This document shows positions 18,522-27,478 of a stretch of 64,000 nt of DNA, piece after piece. The notes beneath the pieces were generated by a model, which saw only the letters and a program-made list of their open reading frames with translations, did no database searches and was not told where the DNA came from. This stretch comes from Bacteroidaceae bacterium (GTDB lineage Bacteria; Bacteroidota; Bacteroidia; Bacteroidales; Bacteroidaceae): assembly GCA_045660385.1 (NCBI GenBank), contig JAZRDT010000157.1, positions 8,079 to 72,078 of the forward strand, given 5' to 3'. Position 1 is the first letter of the stretch. Each line of letters begins with the position of its first letter. The position numbers and the translations under genes are program-made.

Positions 18522-21071
18522 ATGATATACCCGAACAATTTCGAGCAGAAGATAGGTTTCGACCAAGTGCGCCACATCGTCAGCGGCCGCTGCCTTAGTA
18601 CCTTGGGAAAAGATAAGGTAGACGAGATGCAGTTCGCGACCGACAGCGATGAGGTGGCCCGCCTACTCGACGAGGTCACTGAGTTTGTACGCATCATCCA
18701 AGAGGAGGACGATTTTCCTAGCCAGCATTTCTTCGACGTGCGTCCAGCACTGCACCGTGCCAGCATCGTGGGTATGTATATGGACGAGGGTGAACTCTTC
18801 GACCTGCGCCGTTCGCTCGACACGATAAATCAGATTGTACGGTTCTTCTACAGAGACGAGGAGGATGAGACAAGCAAATACCCCAATCTGGAGGCTTTAG
18901 CCGCAGAGGTGCACACTTTTCCCACCCTCACCCGCCGCATCGATGGCATCGTCAACAAGTTCGGAAAGATTAAAGACAACGCGTCGCCTTCCCTTGCAGG
19001 CATACGCCGCGAGTTGGCTGCCACCACGGGCAGCATATCGCGCACGCTCAACTCCATACTGCGTTCGGCACAGGCCGAAGGTATCGTTGACAAGGATGTA
19101 AACCCTACTGTACGCGACGGCCGACTGGTAATCCCCGTGGTACCCGCACTGAAACGCCGCATCAAGGGTATCGTACATGATGAATCGGCCACCGGCAAAA
19201 CGGTTTTCATAGAACCCGCCGAGGTGGTAGAGGCCAACAACCGCATACGCGAGCTCGAGGCCGAGGAACGCCGCGAGGTGATACGCATCCTCACCGAGTT
19301 TACCGATGAGGTGCGCCCACAGATTCCCGAGATACTGGAATCCTACTCCTTTTTAGCCGAGATCGACTTCATCCGCGCCAAGGCACTCACGGCCATCACA
19401 ATGGATGCCATACGCCCCGAGCTGTGCGACCATCCACACATTGATTGGGTAGAAGCCGAGCACCCCTTGCTGCGCATCACCCTGGCCAAGCACGACAAGA
19501 AGGTGGTGCCACTGGACATCCAACTGAGCCGCGAACAGCGCATACTCATCATATCGGGTCCGAACGCCGGCGGAAAATCGGTGTGTCTCAAGACTGTAGG
19601 TTTATTGCAATACATGCTACAGTGCGGTATGCTCATCCCCGTGAAGCGAGCTAGCCGTGCCGGAATATTCCGAAGCATATTTATAGATATAGGTGACGAG
19701 CAGAGCATCGAGGACGACCTCAGCACCTACAGCAGCCACCTGCTGAACATGAAGAATATGATGCGCGAGGCCGATGGCCGCAGCCTCATCCTCATCGATG
19801 AATTCGGTAGCGGTACCGAGCCCCTCATCGGAGGCGCCATTGCCGAGGCGGTGCTTCGCCGCTTCAACGACAAGCGGGCCTACGGCGTTATCACGACCCA
19901 CTACTCGAACTTGAAGCAGTTTGCCGACAGCCACAAGGGGGTGGTCAACGGTGCTATGCTCTACGACCGCCACCTGATGCAGGCACTCTACCAGTTGCAG
20001 ATAGGAAACCCCGGCAGCTCGTTTGCTGTGGAGATAGCCCGCAAGATAGGTCTCCCCGAAGAGGTTATTGCCGATGCTTCGGAGATCGTGGGCAGCGAGT
20101 ACATCCAGTCGGACAAATACCTGCAGGACATCGTGCGCGACAAGCGCTATTGGGAAACCAAGCGACAAAATATCCGACAGAAGGAAAAGCAACTCGAAGC
20201 CCTCATTGCCCAATACGAAGGTGAGATGGAAGAGCTGAAGAAGAGTCGCAAGAGCGTCATTCGCGAAGCCAAGGAGGAGATGAAGCAACTCTTGCAGGAG
20301 TCGAATGCCCGCATCGAGAACACCATACGTACCATCAAGGAGGCACAGGCCGAAAAGGAGCAGACACGTCAGGCACGCCAGGAACTGGCCGAATGGAAAG
20401 AGGCTGTCACCGACAACGGAGCCGACGAGTACGAAGCACGCATACAGCGTAAGATGGAGCAGCTCAAGGCACGACAGGAGCGAAAGAAAAAAAAGAAGGA
20501 AGGCCCCCACCCCAACTCCCCCAAGGGGGAGGAGACCAAAACCTCAAGCTACCAATCATCCCCCCTTGGGGGGAACGAGAGGGGCCGTGGGTCTCTTGAG
20601 GTTGGTTCCCTCGTCCGCATCAAAGGACAGCAGACCATCGGCACCATCGAGCAGATCAACGGCAAGAATGCGATGGTCACCTTCGGCATGATGCGCACCA
20701 TGACCAAGCTCAGCAAGTTAGAACCCGCCACTCAAGAGGCAGCACGCCAGCAGGAAGCCGAACGCCCACGCGCCTACACCTACCTAAGCCGAGAGACACA
20801 AGAGAACATCTCGGAACGCCGCCTTCACTTCAAGCAAGACATCGATGTGCGTGGCATGCGTGGCGAAGAGGCCCTGCAAGCCGTTACCTACTACATCGAC
20901 GACGCCGTACTGCTCAGCATGCCCCGTGTGCGCATACTGCACGGAACAGGCAACGGCATACTGCGCACCCTCATACGTCAATACCTGCAAGCCAACCCCG
21001 CCGTGGCCAGTTGTCGCGACGAGCATGTACAGTTCGGTGGAGCGGGCATCACGGTGGTGGAATTAAATTGA
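18522..21071 (+). CDS. mutS2: Endonuclease MutS2 (MutS ATPase plus C-terminal Smr domain)
   Basis: Starts MIYPNNFEQKIGFDQVR. Walker A GPNAGGKS, a coiled-coil KE-rich region, and an Smr domain (DVRGMRGEEAL...RILHGTGNGILR). The track start at 18384 runs through the promoter, so it is rejected. Confidence 0.92.
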   Translation: MIYPNNFEQKIGFDQVRHIVSGRCLSTLGKDKVDEMQFATDSDEVARLLDEVTEFVRIIQEEDDFPSQHFFDVRPALHRASIVGMYMDEGELFDLRRSLDTINQIVRFFYRDEEDETSKYPNLEALAAEVHTFPTLTRRIDGIVNKFGKIKDNASPSLAGIRRELAATTGSISRTLNSILRSAQAEGIVDKDVNPTVRDGRLVIPVVPALKRRIKGIVHDESATGKTVFIEPAEVVEANNRIRELEAEERREVIRILTEFTDEVRPQIPEILESYSFLAEIDFIRAKALTAITMDAIRPELCDHPHIDWVEAEHPLLRITLAKHDKKVVPLDIQLSREQRILIISGPNAGGKSVCLKTVGLLQYMLQCGMLIPVKRASRAGIFRSIFIDIGDEQSIEDDLSTYSSHLLNMKNMMREADGRSLILIDEFGSGTEPLIGGAIAEAVLRRFNDKRAYGVITTHYSNLKQFADSHKGVVNGAMLYDRHLMQALYQLQIGNPGSSFAVEIARKIGLPEEVIADASEIVGSEYIQSDKYLQDIVRDKRYWETKRQNIRQKEKQLEALIAQYEGEMEELKKSRKSVIREAKEEMKQLLQESNARIENTIRTIKEAQAEKEQTRQARQELAEWKEAVTDNGADEYEARIQRKMEQLKARQERKKKKKEGPHPNSPKGEETKTSSYQSSPLGGNERGRGSLEVGSLVRIKGQQTIGTIEQINGKNAMVTFGMMRTMTKLSKLEPATQEAARQQEAERPRAYTYLSRETQENISERRLHFKQDIDVRGMRGEEALQAVTYYIDDAVLLSMPRVRILHGTGNGILRTLIRQYLQANPAVASCRDEHVQFGGAGITVVELN
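20500..20610 (+). repeat. Palindrome-rich C5/G5 repeat element lying in frame inside mutS2
   Basis: ctccccc-aa-gggggag (20516-20531), tcccccc-tt-gggggga (20559-20574), accaaaacctcaag / cttgaggttggt (20535-48 / 20595-606). Encodes ..EGPHPNSPKGEETKTSSYQSSPLGGNERGRGSLEVG.. Confidence 0.6.
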
Positions 21072-21156
21072 AAATTAAAAATTGAAAATTCCCCACCATT
21101 CATCTTTACCCATAAACATTAATCATTCAACATTAATCATTCAACAAAAAATCAAC

Positions 21157-21783
21157 ATGATGAATATCTCATTCGTAGACATTATCGAATTCGTCGGAAC
21201 CTTTGCCTTCGCCATCAGTGGTATCCGCCTGGCCTCAGCCAAGCAGTTCGACCTCTTTGGAGCCTATGTTGTAGGCCTTGTCACCGCCATCGGTGGTGGT
21301 ACTATCCGTGACCTCCTGCTCGATGTCACTCCTTTCTGGATGAACAATCCCATCTACCTCATCATTACCGCCCTTGCCCTGATATGGGTAATGATATTCA
21401 GTAAATACCTCGTAAGGATGAATAATACGTTCTTCCTCTTCGACGCCATTGGCCTTGCCCTCTTTGCCGTGGTAGGTATACAGAAAACCCTCGATGCAGG
21501 CTTCCCCCTGTGGGTGGCTACCATTATGGGTACCTTCACCGGTGCAGCAGGTGGAGTGTTGCGCGACGTATTCATCAATGAGATTCCCCTCGTGTTCCGC
21601 AAGGATATCTACGCTATGGCATGCGTCATGGGCGGTTTCGCCTACTGGATATGCGGCCGTTTGGGAACTGACCCCATCATGACACAGATTATCTGCGGTA
21701 TCAGTGTCTTCCTTACCCGCATCCTTGCCGTGAAATTCCACGTCAGCCTCCCCATCCTCAAGGGTGAAGACGACGAAGAATAA
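21157..21783 (+). CDS. Trimeric intracellular cation channel (TRIC/UPF0126, YadS-like) membrane protein
   Basis: MMNISFVDIIEFVGTFAFAISG...AIGGGTIRDLLL, and the motif is duplicated (GAAGGVLRDVF). The ATG at 21157 is preferred, because the upstream part of the track ORF is repeat DNA. Confidence 0.8.
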   Translation: MMNISFVDIIEFVGTFAFAISGIRLASAKQFDLFGAYVVGLVTAIGGGTIRDLLLDVTPFWMNNPIYLIITALALIWVMIFSKYLVRMNNTFFLFDAIGLALFAVVGIQKTLDAGFPLWVATIMGTFTGAAGGVLRDVFINEIPLVFRKDIYAMACVMGGFAYWICGRLGTDPIMTQIICGISVFLTRILAVKFHVSLPILKGEDDEE

Positions 21784-21813
21784 TATACAGAAGAAACAAA
21801 GATATAAAAATGA

Positions 21814-21840
21814 AGAGGGTGCGTCAATGACGCACCCTCT
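21814..21840. terminator. Bidirectional terminator between the TRIC gene and GH2 gene
   Basis: 12-bp perfect stem agagggtgcgtc / gacgcaccctct with loop aat. Confidence 0.75.
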
Positions 21841-21858
21841 ATTCATTATAGCTATCGT

Positions 21859-24252
21859 TTACTTCACATTTACCCTAACCTTTTGGGAGCGCAGGCCTTT
21901 ACCAGAGACGGACAACGTGCAGCTTCCCTTCTTCATGGACGAGCGCAACACCACAAGAGCGCGTCCCTTCCATACGTTATGGACGGCATCTACGGTGGAG
22001 CCCAACTCCTTGATATCGGCATTACCAAAGGCTGCCAGCGTGCCGTTTCCCTGCACTGACAGGCTGAGCTCATTGGTTGCATTCGGGCACACCACTCCAT
22101 GCTTGTCGACCACCTCTACCGTAACGAAGGCAAGGTCTTGTCCATCGGCCTTGATGGTGGTACGGTCGGCCAGAAGACGTATAGCATAAGGTTCGCCCGC
22201 CGTGCGCAACGTGTTGCGGCCCGTGTTCATCTCGGCAATCGGGTTTCCTTGCTCGTCAACAGCCACTGCACGCAGTGTACCGGGCATATAGGGTATGGTT
22301 ATCACCGCCTTATACTCCTCGGCTCTCGTGGTCGGACGCTCAGCCACCAAGCTATCGTTGAGGTATAACCGTACACGAGGAGCACGGCTGTATATCTCCA
22401 CCTCAATGGGGCGGCCTTCGTGACCGGGCCATGTCCAGCTCTCAAACGTAGGCCACACGCTCCATTGCGTCTCCCTGATTTGTCCATAGTAACCATTGGG
22501 TTCCTTTACCGAGAGATAAAGCGGGCGGTCGACATTCCAAAGCATATCTCTATAGTACGAAATAGGCTTACGCTGACCCACAAAATCGATATCGCCGCAA
22601 TAGGCTGCATGCCAGGGGAACTGGTTACGATGATAGTGTTCGCCCTCACTCTCGCCTTTGTAATACCAACGTCCAATACCGCTCTCGCCCTGATAATCAA
22701 TGGCTGTCCACACGAAGTCACCGAATATATAGGGATGGTCGGCACTATAGGCCCAGTTCCAGAAAGCTTCGCGCGGATACGACTCACTCTGATACATCAC
22801 GCGTTGTGGGTCGCGCTCGTGGTCAGTCGCATGCTTATGTATCATATAGTTGTAGCCCACAAGCTCGAAGGCTTCAGCCAACGGGTCGTAAATTTCCCAA
22901 TCACTATCCCAAGCGCAGAGCGCTGAGGTGACAGGACGTGTAGGATCCAGTTCGCGGCATAGCTTGGCAAACTTTCTGGCCGTGGTCACAACCTGAATCT
23001 CCTTACGTTCGATGACCTCATTGCCCACACTCCAAGCGAAGATACTCGGATGGTTGCGGTCACGCAACACGAGTGCAGAGAGGTCAGTTTGCCAGTGCTT
23101 ATCGATAAGCGTAGAGTAATCGTAGGTGTTCTTGGCCGAGCGCCATCCGTCGAAGGCCTCGTCTATCACAAGCAATCCAATGCGGTCGCATGCATCGAGG
23201 AAAGCCTCTGAAGGAGGGTTATGGCTGGTGCGCACGGCATTAAACCCGGCCGCTTTCATCAGCTCGGCCTTACGCTCTTCGGCACGGTCAAAGGCCGCTG
23301 CGCCAAGGATGCCATTGTCGTGGTGCAGACAACCGCCATTGAGTTTGATGGGTTGACCATTGAGAAGGAATCCCTGTTCTGAACTGAAGGCAATGCTGCG
23401 AATGCCGAAGGTCTGGGTCGTCACATCGATCGGCTTGTTGTTCTCGCTGATGGTGAGCGTGGCATGATAGAGGTGAGGCGTATCGGGACTCCACAGATGA
23501 GCGTGGGACACATCAAAAAGATGGGAAACCTCCAATTCTTCGTGAGGTTTTACACGCACCGTACGGGAGTGCATACTGGAGAAACTGCCTCCGATGCTCG
23601 CATCCTGAGCTATCTCAAAGCACACATCAAGCACGCGGTCGCGGTCGCTCTCATTGACAATCACCGTCTGCACATCTACCCTGCTCATATCGTCCTGCGC
23701 CACCACTGGTGTAGTGACAAATGTGCCCCAATGCTTGAAGTGCACATCGGCCGTCTCGATAAACCACACGTGGCGATAGATTCCCGAACCCGTATACCAA
23801 CGGCAGTTCTTCTGTTGCGAATTGTCCACGCGAACAACCACCTCATTGTCGCCCTCACGCAGCAATTCCGTCACATCGCGCAAGAAGGAGCTGTAGCCGT
23901 AGTGCTGCGTACCAGTAGACGTGCCATTAACGACAACCTCGGCATTCATATATACCCCCTCAAAATAGAGCGAATAACGGCGATCGGCGCTTTTCGTTTT
24001 CAAGTGCAACACCTTACGATACTCTCCCTTCCCTGTAGGATAATAACCTCCATCATTACCGGCTGGTTCATCGGCCACAGGTACCCCTTGAATACTCCAA
24101 TCGTGCGGAAGATTCACTTTCACCACCGGGTGCCCCTCTCGGGCAAACTCCCAGTTGTCATCAATCAACGTGCGCCTTTGCTGCGCCACAACTGACACTA
24201 CGCTAAATGCTATAGCTACAAGCATCACATACAAACGACATGTTTTTTTCAT
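21859..24252 (-). CDS. Glycoside hydrolase family 2 (beta-galactosidase-like), secreted
   Basis: Signal peptide, DDNWEF...LPHDWSI sugar-binding start, TIM-barrel motifs (NAVRTSHNPPS, WSVGNE), 797 aa. Confidence 0.88.
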   Translation of the reverse strand: MKKTCRLYVMLVAIAFSVVSVVAQQRRTLIDDNWEFAREGHPVVKVNLPHDWSIQGVPVADEPAGNDGGYYPTGKGEYRKVLHLKTKSADRRYSLYFEGVYMNAEVVVNGTSTGTQHYGYSSFLRDVTELLREGDNEVVVRVDNSQQKNCRWYTGSGIYRHVWFIETADVHFKHWGTFVTTPVVAQDDMSRVDVQTVIVNESDRDRVLDVCFEIAQDASIGGSFSSMHSRTVRVKPHEELEVSHLFDVSHAHLWSPDTPHLYHATLTISENNKPIDVTTQTFGIRSIAFSSEQGFLLNGQPIKLNGGCLHHDNGILGAAAFDRAEERKAELMKAAGFNAVRTSHNPPSEAFLDACDRIGLLVIDEAFDGWRSAKNTYDYSTLIDKHWQTDLSALVLRDRNHPSIFAWSVGNEVIERKEIQVVTTARKFAKLCRELDPTRPVTSALCAWDSDWEIYDPLAEAFELVGYNYMIHKHATDHERDPQRVMYQSESYPREAFWNWAYSADHPYIFGDFVWTAIDYQGESGIGRWYYKGESEGEHYHRNQFPWHAAYCGDIDFVGQRKPISYYRDMLWNVDRPLYLSVKEPNGYYGQIRETQWSVWPTFESWTWPGHEGRPIEVEIYSRAPRVRLYLNDSLVAERPTTRAEEYKAVITIPYMPGTLRAVAVDEQGNPIAEMNTGRNTLRTAGEPYAIRLLADRTTIKADGQDLAFVTVEVVDKHGVVCPNATNELSLSVQGNGTLAAFGNADIKELGSTVDAVHNVWKGRALVVLRSSMKKGSCTLSVSGKGLRSQKVRVNVK

Positions 24253-24281
24253 GATTCGATATTTATTGTTACTACCCTTTG

Positions 24282-24289
24282 CAAAGGTA
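24282..24289 (-). promoter_or_regulatory. -7 box (TACCTTTG on minus strand) for the GH2 gene
   Basis: caaaggta on the plus strand, 30 nt upstream of start 24252. Confidence 0.55.
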
Positions 24290-24640
24290 ATCTTTTTTTA
24301 TTCTGAAAGACTAAAGTTTTGACAAAAAAATAAATTGCGTATAGCGCATATCTGCAGCGAGGACAAAAACGAGTGATACAGGTATATAATGATTTACGTT
24401 TACCCCCTGGCAATGGCAGCGAACAGTACAGCATACAAGATTGATTATCAATCTCCACAACTACTGTCAAGGGGTCTGCCAAGGGGTCGGCACACCCCTT
24501 GGCAGAAGATTATCCACTGAGTACCAGCAGTGTTAAGTCCCATACCACAGCCAATGCCAAGGGTCGTGAGTGAATCATTATATGAGAAAACACATCACCA
24601 ACCAAGGAAAACGCATTATAGAAGCTCTTAGAGTTTCACA

Positions 24641-24832
24641 CTCACGCGAATCTCGCAAATCACGCGAAAACGCATCGTTTCACTCGCGTTTACCATCCGG
24701 GCTGCCACATACGCCGACACAATATGAAAGTGTCGGTTGCGACGACGAGAACTTTAGTTCTCCCAAGGAGTACGAAGCCAAAAGCGAAGTCTGCGATGTA
24801 TGACTTTGCGGGATTTGCGAGATTCGCGTGAG
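24641..24832. repeat. ~190-bp cassette bounded by a perfect 21-bp inverted repeat (MITE-like / structured)
   Basis: ctcacgcgaatctcgcaaatc (24641-24661) and its exact reverse complement gatttgcgagattcgcgtgag (24812-24832). The interior carries hairpins ccgacac..gtgtcgg and gagaac-ttta-gttctc, and is homologous to 54132-54350 in reverse orientation. Confidence 0.6.
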
Positions 24833-24871
24833 ACAAACAGGTCAAATAGGTGAAATAAACAAGTGATACGA

Positions 24872-24968
24872 TAGTATCTATGCAGCGAGATTGCAGTATC
24901 AGTATAGCGAGACTACAATTTCAGTATAGCGAGACCGCAGTATCTGCATAGTGAGACCAGAGTATCAC
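24872..24968 (+). repeat. Iteron-like degenerate direct repeats (~22-bp period, 4-5 copies)
   Basis: AGTATC-tatGCAGCGAGAt / AGTATC-AGTATAGCGAGAC / AGTATAGCGAGAC / AGTATC-tGCATAGTGAGAC / AGTATC. Confidence 0.55.
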
Positions 24969-25052
24969 CACACAGAAATCATCTGAAACTAGCCTTACCT
25001 AATAAAAAAGAAGCTTTAGGTCTGAAAGAACATAGGCTATCTCCACACGCGA

Positions 25053-25487
25053 TTACCAATCGTACTCCTCTACGTAGGCATCAAAGTCGGGGAGATCGGT
25101 GACACCAATCCGCACCATCGCTTGGCGTATGTGCTCCTGCGTAGCGGGGTCAATGAGTCGCTCGCCCGCACGGAGACGGAAGTAGCGAGTGTGGCCGAAG
25201 TCGTGCTCCAAGGTCTGACGCAAGACATTGGCTTGGGCCACGGTGAGTCCCGAAAGCATTCTCACAAAACCACGGGCATAGCGCACCTTCTCTGCCGAAC
25301 GGAACATAGGGCAGTCGCCCTCTATCGTGGAGAGATAAACGGGATTGATGACCTGTATAGACAGTTCGTCGGGCGACACCATCGCCAAGGCGATGTTGCG
25401 CAGACACTCTGCAGCACGCGGACAATCGGTTTTGACACACAGACGATAGGTCTTAGGCATCGGGTGTGAGGAGGTTTCGGTTTTCAT
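25053..25487 (-). CDS. Hypothetical protein with an N-terminal Cys cluster (C-x4-C-x4-C ... C)
   Basis: MKTETSSHPMPKTYRLCVKTDCPRAAECLRN... The track start is GTG at 25493, so I use the ATG at 25485-25487. A TACATTTG box (25511-25518, minus) lies 24 nt upstream. Confidence 0.6.
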   Translation of the reverse strand: MKTETSSHPMPKTYRLCVKTDCPRAAECLRNIALAMVSPDELSIQVINPVYLSTIEGDCPMFRSAEKVRYARGFVRMLSGLTVAQANVLRQTLEHDFGHTRYFRLRAGERLIDPATQEHIRQAMVRIGVTDLPDFDAYVEEYDW

Positions 25488-25556
25488 TGACACGTAGGAT
25501 TATATAGGTACAAATGTAGGGATATATTTTTTGACAAGAGTATTGCTACACGATTA

Positions 25557-25964
25557 TCAGATGGCAATCAATTCTTGGCCAATAGCGCGTATAGTCTGTA
25601 GTATCTCATTATAGCGTACAGGTGACGGGCGCTTACTACCACTGATGTACTGTGCAAACAAACTTTGCGACATCCCCAAACGACGAGCAATGGCCGAAGC
25701 GTTCAGTTCGGGATGAGCAATGAAAAGGTCGTAGAGCGGATTAGACTTTCGTTCGCGGAAGAAAGCGTGGAAACTGAGATCCTCATCCACCTCATCCCAA
25801 CGGATGCCATACTCGTCATAAGTGAATTGTGCACGCTGCTCGGGAGTAGCAAACCGCAATCTCTGATAGTCGGCAAACTTCTCCGAGGCTTCTCTACCAT
25901 CTGCAGTGCGTATCCACACAGCATCATCGGTAATCCAAATCTTTTCGATGTTATACTTCTCCAT
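25557..25964 (-). CDS. DUF2442 domain fused to a C-terminal XRE-type HTH (putative antitoxin/regulator)
   Basis: IEKIWITDDAVWIRTADGRE...YGIRWDEVDEDLS (DUF2442 pattern), then SAIARRLGMSQSLFAQYISGSKRPS (HTH). Confidence 0.75.
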   Translation of the reverse strand: MEKYNIEKIWITDDAVWIRTADGREASEKFADYQRLRFATPEQRAQFTYDEYGIRWDEVDEDLSFHAFFRERKSNPLYDLFIAHPELNASAIARRLGMSQSLFAQYISGSKRPSPVRYNEILQTIRAIGQELIAI

Positions 25965-25973
25965 AATAGCAGG

Positions 25974-26213
25974 TTATTTCGTTTTGTTAAAGAACTTGTT
26001 CCAATGCTCAGCTATCACCTCCTGGTTCTCCTCGATGATAGATTCAACAAGCTTCAGTTCCGATTGTTTCATACCATCATTGTGCACGAGTTGCACCGGA
26101 TCAATGGTAAACTTTGCGTGTGCATCACCTTTTATTACATGCACATGTATAGGTTCATGGTCATTGGCATAAAACATGAAGCGAAATCCAAAGAGAATAA
26201 ATATGGTAGGCAT
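25974..26213 (-). CDS. DUF4160 protein (putative toxin partner of DUF2442)
   Basis: MPTIFILFGFRFMFYANDHEPIHVHV is the hallmark DUF4160 N-terminus. It lies 9 nt upstream of the DUF2442 gene. A TATATTTG box is at 26239-26246 (minus). Confidence 0.75.
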   Translation of the reverse strand: MPTIFILFGFRFMFYANDHEPIHVHVIKGDAHAKFTIDPVQLVHNDGMKQSELKLVESIIEENQEVIAEHWNKFFNKTK

Positions 26214-26440
26214 AGACTCAATTGTTTATTATCCGCAGCAAATATAGGTAATATTTTTATAACCCACAAGCGATTTCTTATTTTTAGAAATAATTCTATT
26301 TCTTACACCGATTAGGAATACTGTCCGAAAATTAGGAATCAAAAAAGAAAGTAGATAAACAAAAAGTTTCTTATCGGTGTATACATTATACAAAGATTTT
26401 ACTACCTTTACATCGTGAATTCCCAAAAGTGTCTCCTCGT

Positions 26441-26665
26441 ATGGACAAGAAGCTTGTAGACAAAGTGAATTATATGATTGCTGTGATAAGTGACTTCGCA
26501 GCATTGCACTCACTTAGCAATGCGCAGTCGTATCGTTACCTGAACCGTTATAAGGGATTGGATTTTATCGACAAACACTATGAGGTGGAGCATACGCTCC
26601 CGTTTGAAGATGTCATAATGGACCTTACCGCCTACTGCAAACGACAAGGAGGAGCACTGGTATGA
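26441..26665 (+). CDS. DUF3791 protein (copy 1)
   Basis: MDKKLVDKVNYMIAVISDFAALHSLSNAQSYRYLNRYKGLDFI... is the typical DUF3791 layout. The track start at 26429 is a GTG. Its stop overlaps the DUF3990 start. Confidence 0.7.
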   Translation: MDKKLVDKVNYMIAVISDFAALHSLSNAQSYRYLNRYKGLDFIDKHYEVEHTLPFEDVIMDLTAYCKRQGGALV

Positions 26666-27141
26666 GACTATTTCACGGAACAAACTGCTCGTTTGATGAG
26701 ATAGACCTCACGAAATCTAAAGTCGGCAAGGATTTTGGGTGTGGATTCTATTTATCTTCCGATAACAGACAAGCGTTGGAACTGGCGGAACGTAAAGTGG
26801 ATCAGAGTGGAGAGGGCATACCTATAGTACACGAGTACGAATTTGATGAAGCCCTACTACAAAGCGAAGGATTATCGGTGCTTCATTTCGAAGAGTACAG
26901 CAAAGAGTGGGCAGAGTTTGTCCTCGCAAACAGAAAGAACAGGACGAGAAATTCAGTACATCAATATGACATTGTTATCGGGCCTATTGCAGACGATGCT
27001 GTGGGTTTTCAGATACGTCGTTTCACAGCAGGTATCATAGATATGGATAGGTTCATCCAAGAGTTGCGTTACATGAAGGGTATAAGTTTTCAGTATTTCT
27101 TTGGGACAGAAAAAGCAATCAAACATCTGAAGCGGCTATGA
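26662..27141 (+). CDS. DUF3990 protein (candidate PARP-like ADP-ribosyltransferase fold)
   Basis: MRLFHGTNCSF...GKDFGCGFYLSS...HQYDIVIGPIADD is the DUF3990 hallmark. The ART reading is my inference (see findings). Confidence 0.75.
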   Translation: MRLFHGTNCSFDEIDLTKSKVGKDFGCGFYLSSDNRQALELAERKVDQSGEGIPIVHEYEFDEALLQSEGLSVLHFEEYSKEWAEFVLANRKNRTRNSVHQYDIVIGPIADDAVGFQIRRFTAGIIDMDRFIQELRYMKGISFQYFFGTEKAIKHLKRL

Positions 27142-27362
27142 AAAAAGAGGAAGTCAATTTTATGATTGAGGAGATAAGCAAAGAACTTATCCTACTGCTC
27201 GTAGAAGAACGTCACCTAGAGATGCGCAAAGCTCTTGATACACTCTACAACTCAGACACTTATGCCCGATTGAGCAACACCAAGAACGGACTATACACAC
27301 AGAGTACTGCCTACATCTATGAATGCTTGGAACGGGAATTGCTGACAGGCAAGATGATGTAA
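27138..27362 (+). CDS. DUF3791 protein (copy 2)
   Basis: 74-aa helical protein whose ATGA start overlaps the DUF3990 stop. ...ALDTLYNSDTYARLSNTKNGLYTQSTAYIYECLERE. Confidence 0.7.
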   Translation: MKKEEVNFMIEEISKELILLLVEERHLEMRKALDTLYNSDTYARLSNTKNGLYTQSTAYIYECLERELLTGKMM

Positions 27363-27478
27363 TCACTATCTCGGCATTCGCACGTTGAGAGTTGATATTT
27401 CGCTCACTTATATGCCTATCACCATCCATAAATTAAGGCGTTTATTACAATAATCTCTTAATCCTACATATAAAGCAA

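Noticed and set aside
19617-20510. 297-aa minus-strand ORF antisense to mutS2
   Set aside because: It is the Leu/Phe-rich mirror of the Glu/Lys/Gln-rich coiled-coil region, lies entirely inside a well-supported gene, and has no promoter or start context.
24570-24803. 77-aa ORF inside the inverted-repeat-bounded cassette, and the analogous 78-aa ORF at 54125-54361
   Set aside because: Both lie in homologous hairpin-rich repeat modules but on opposite relative strands. They therefore cannot encode a conserved protein, and they have no promoter or start context.
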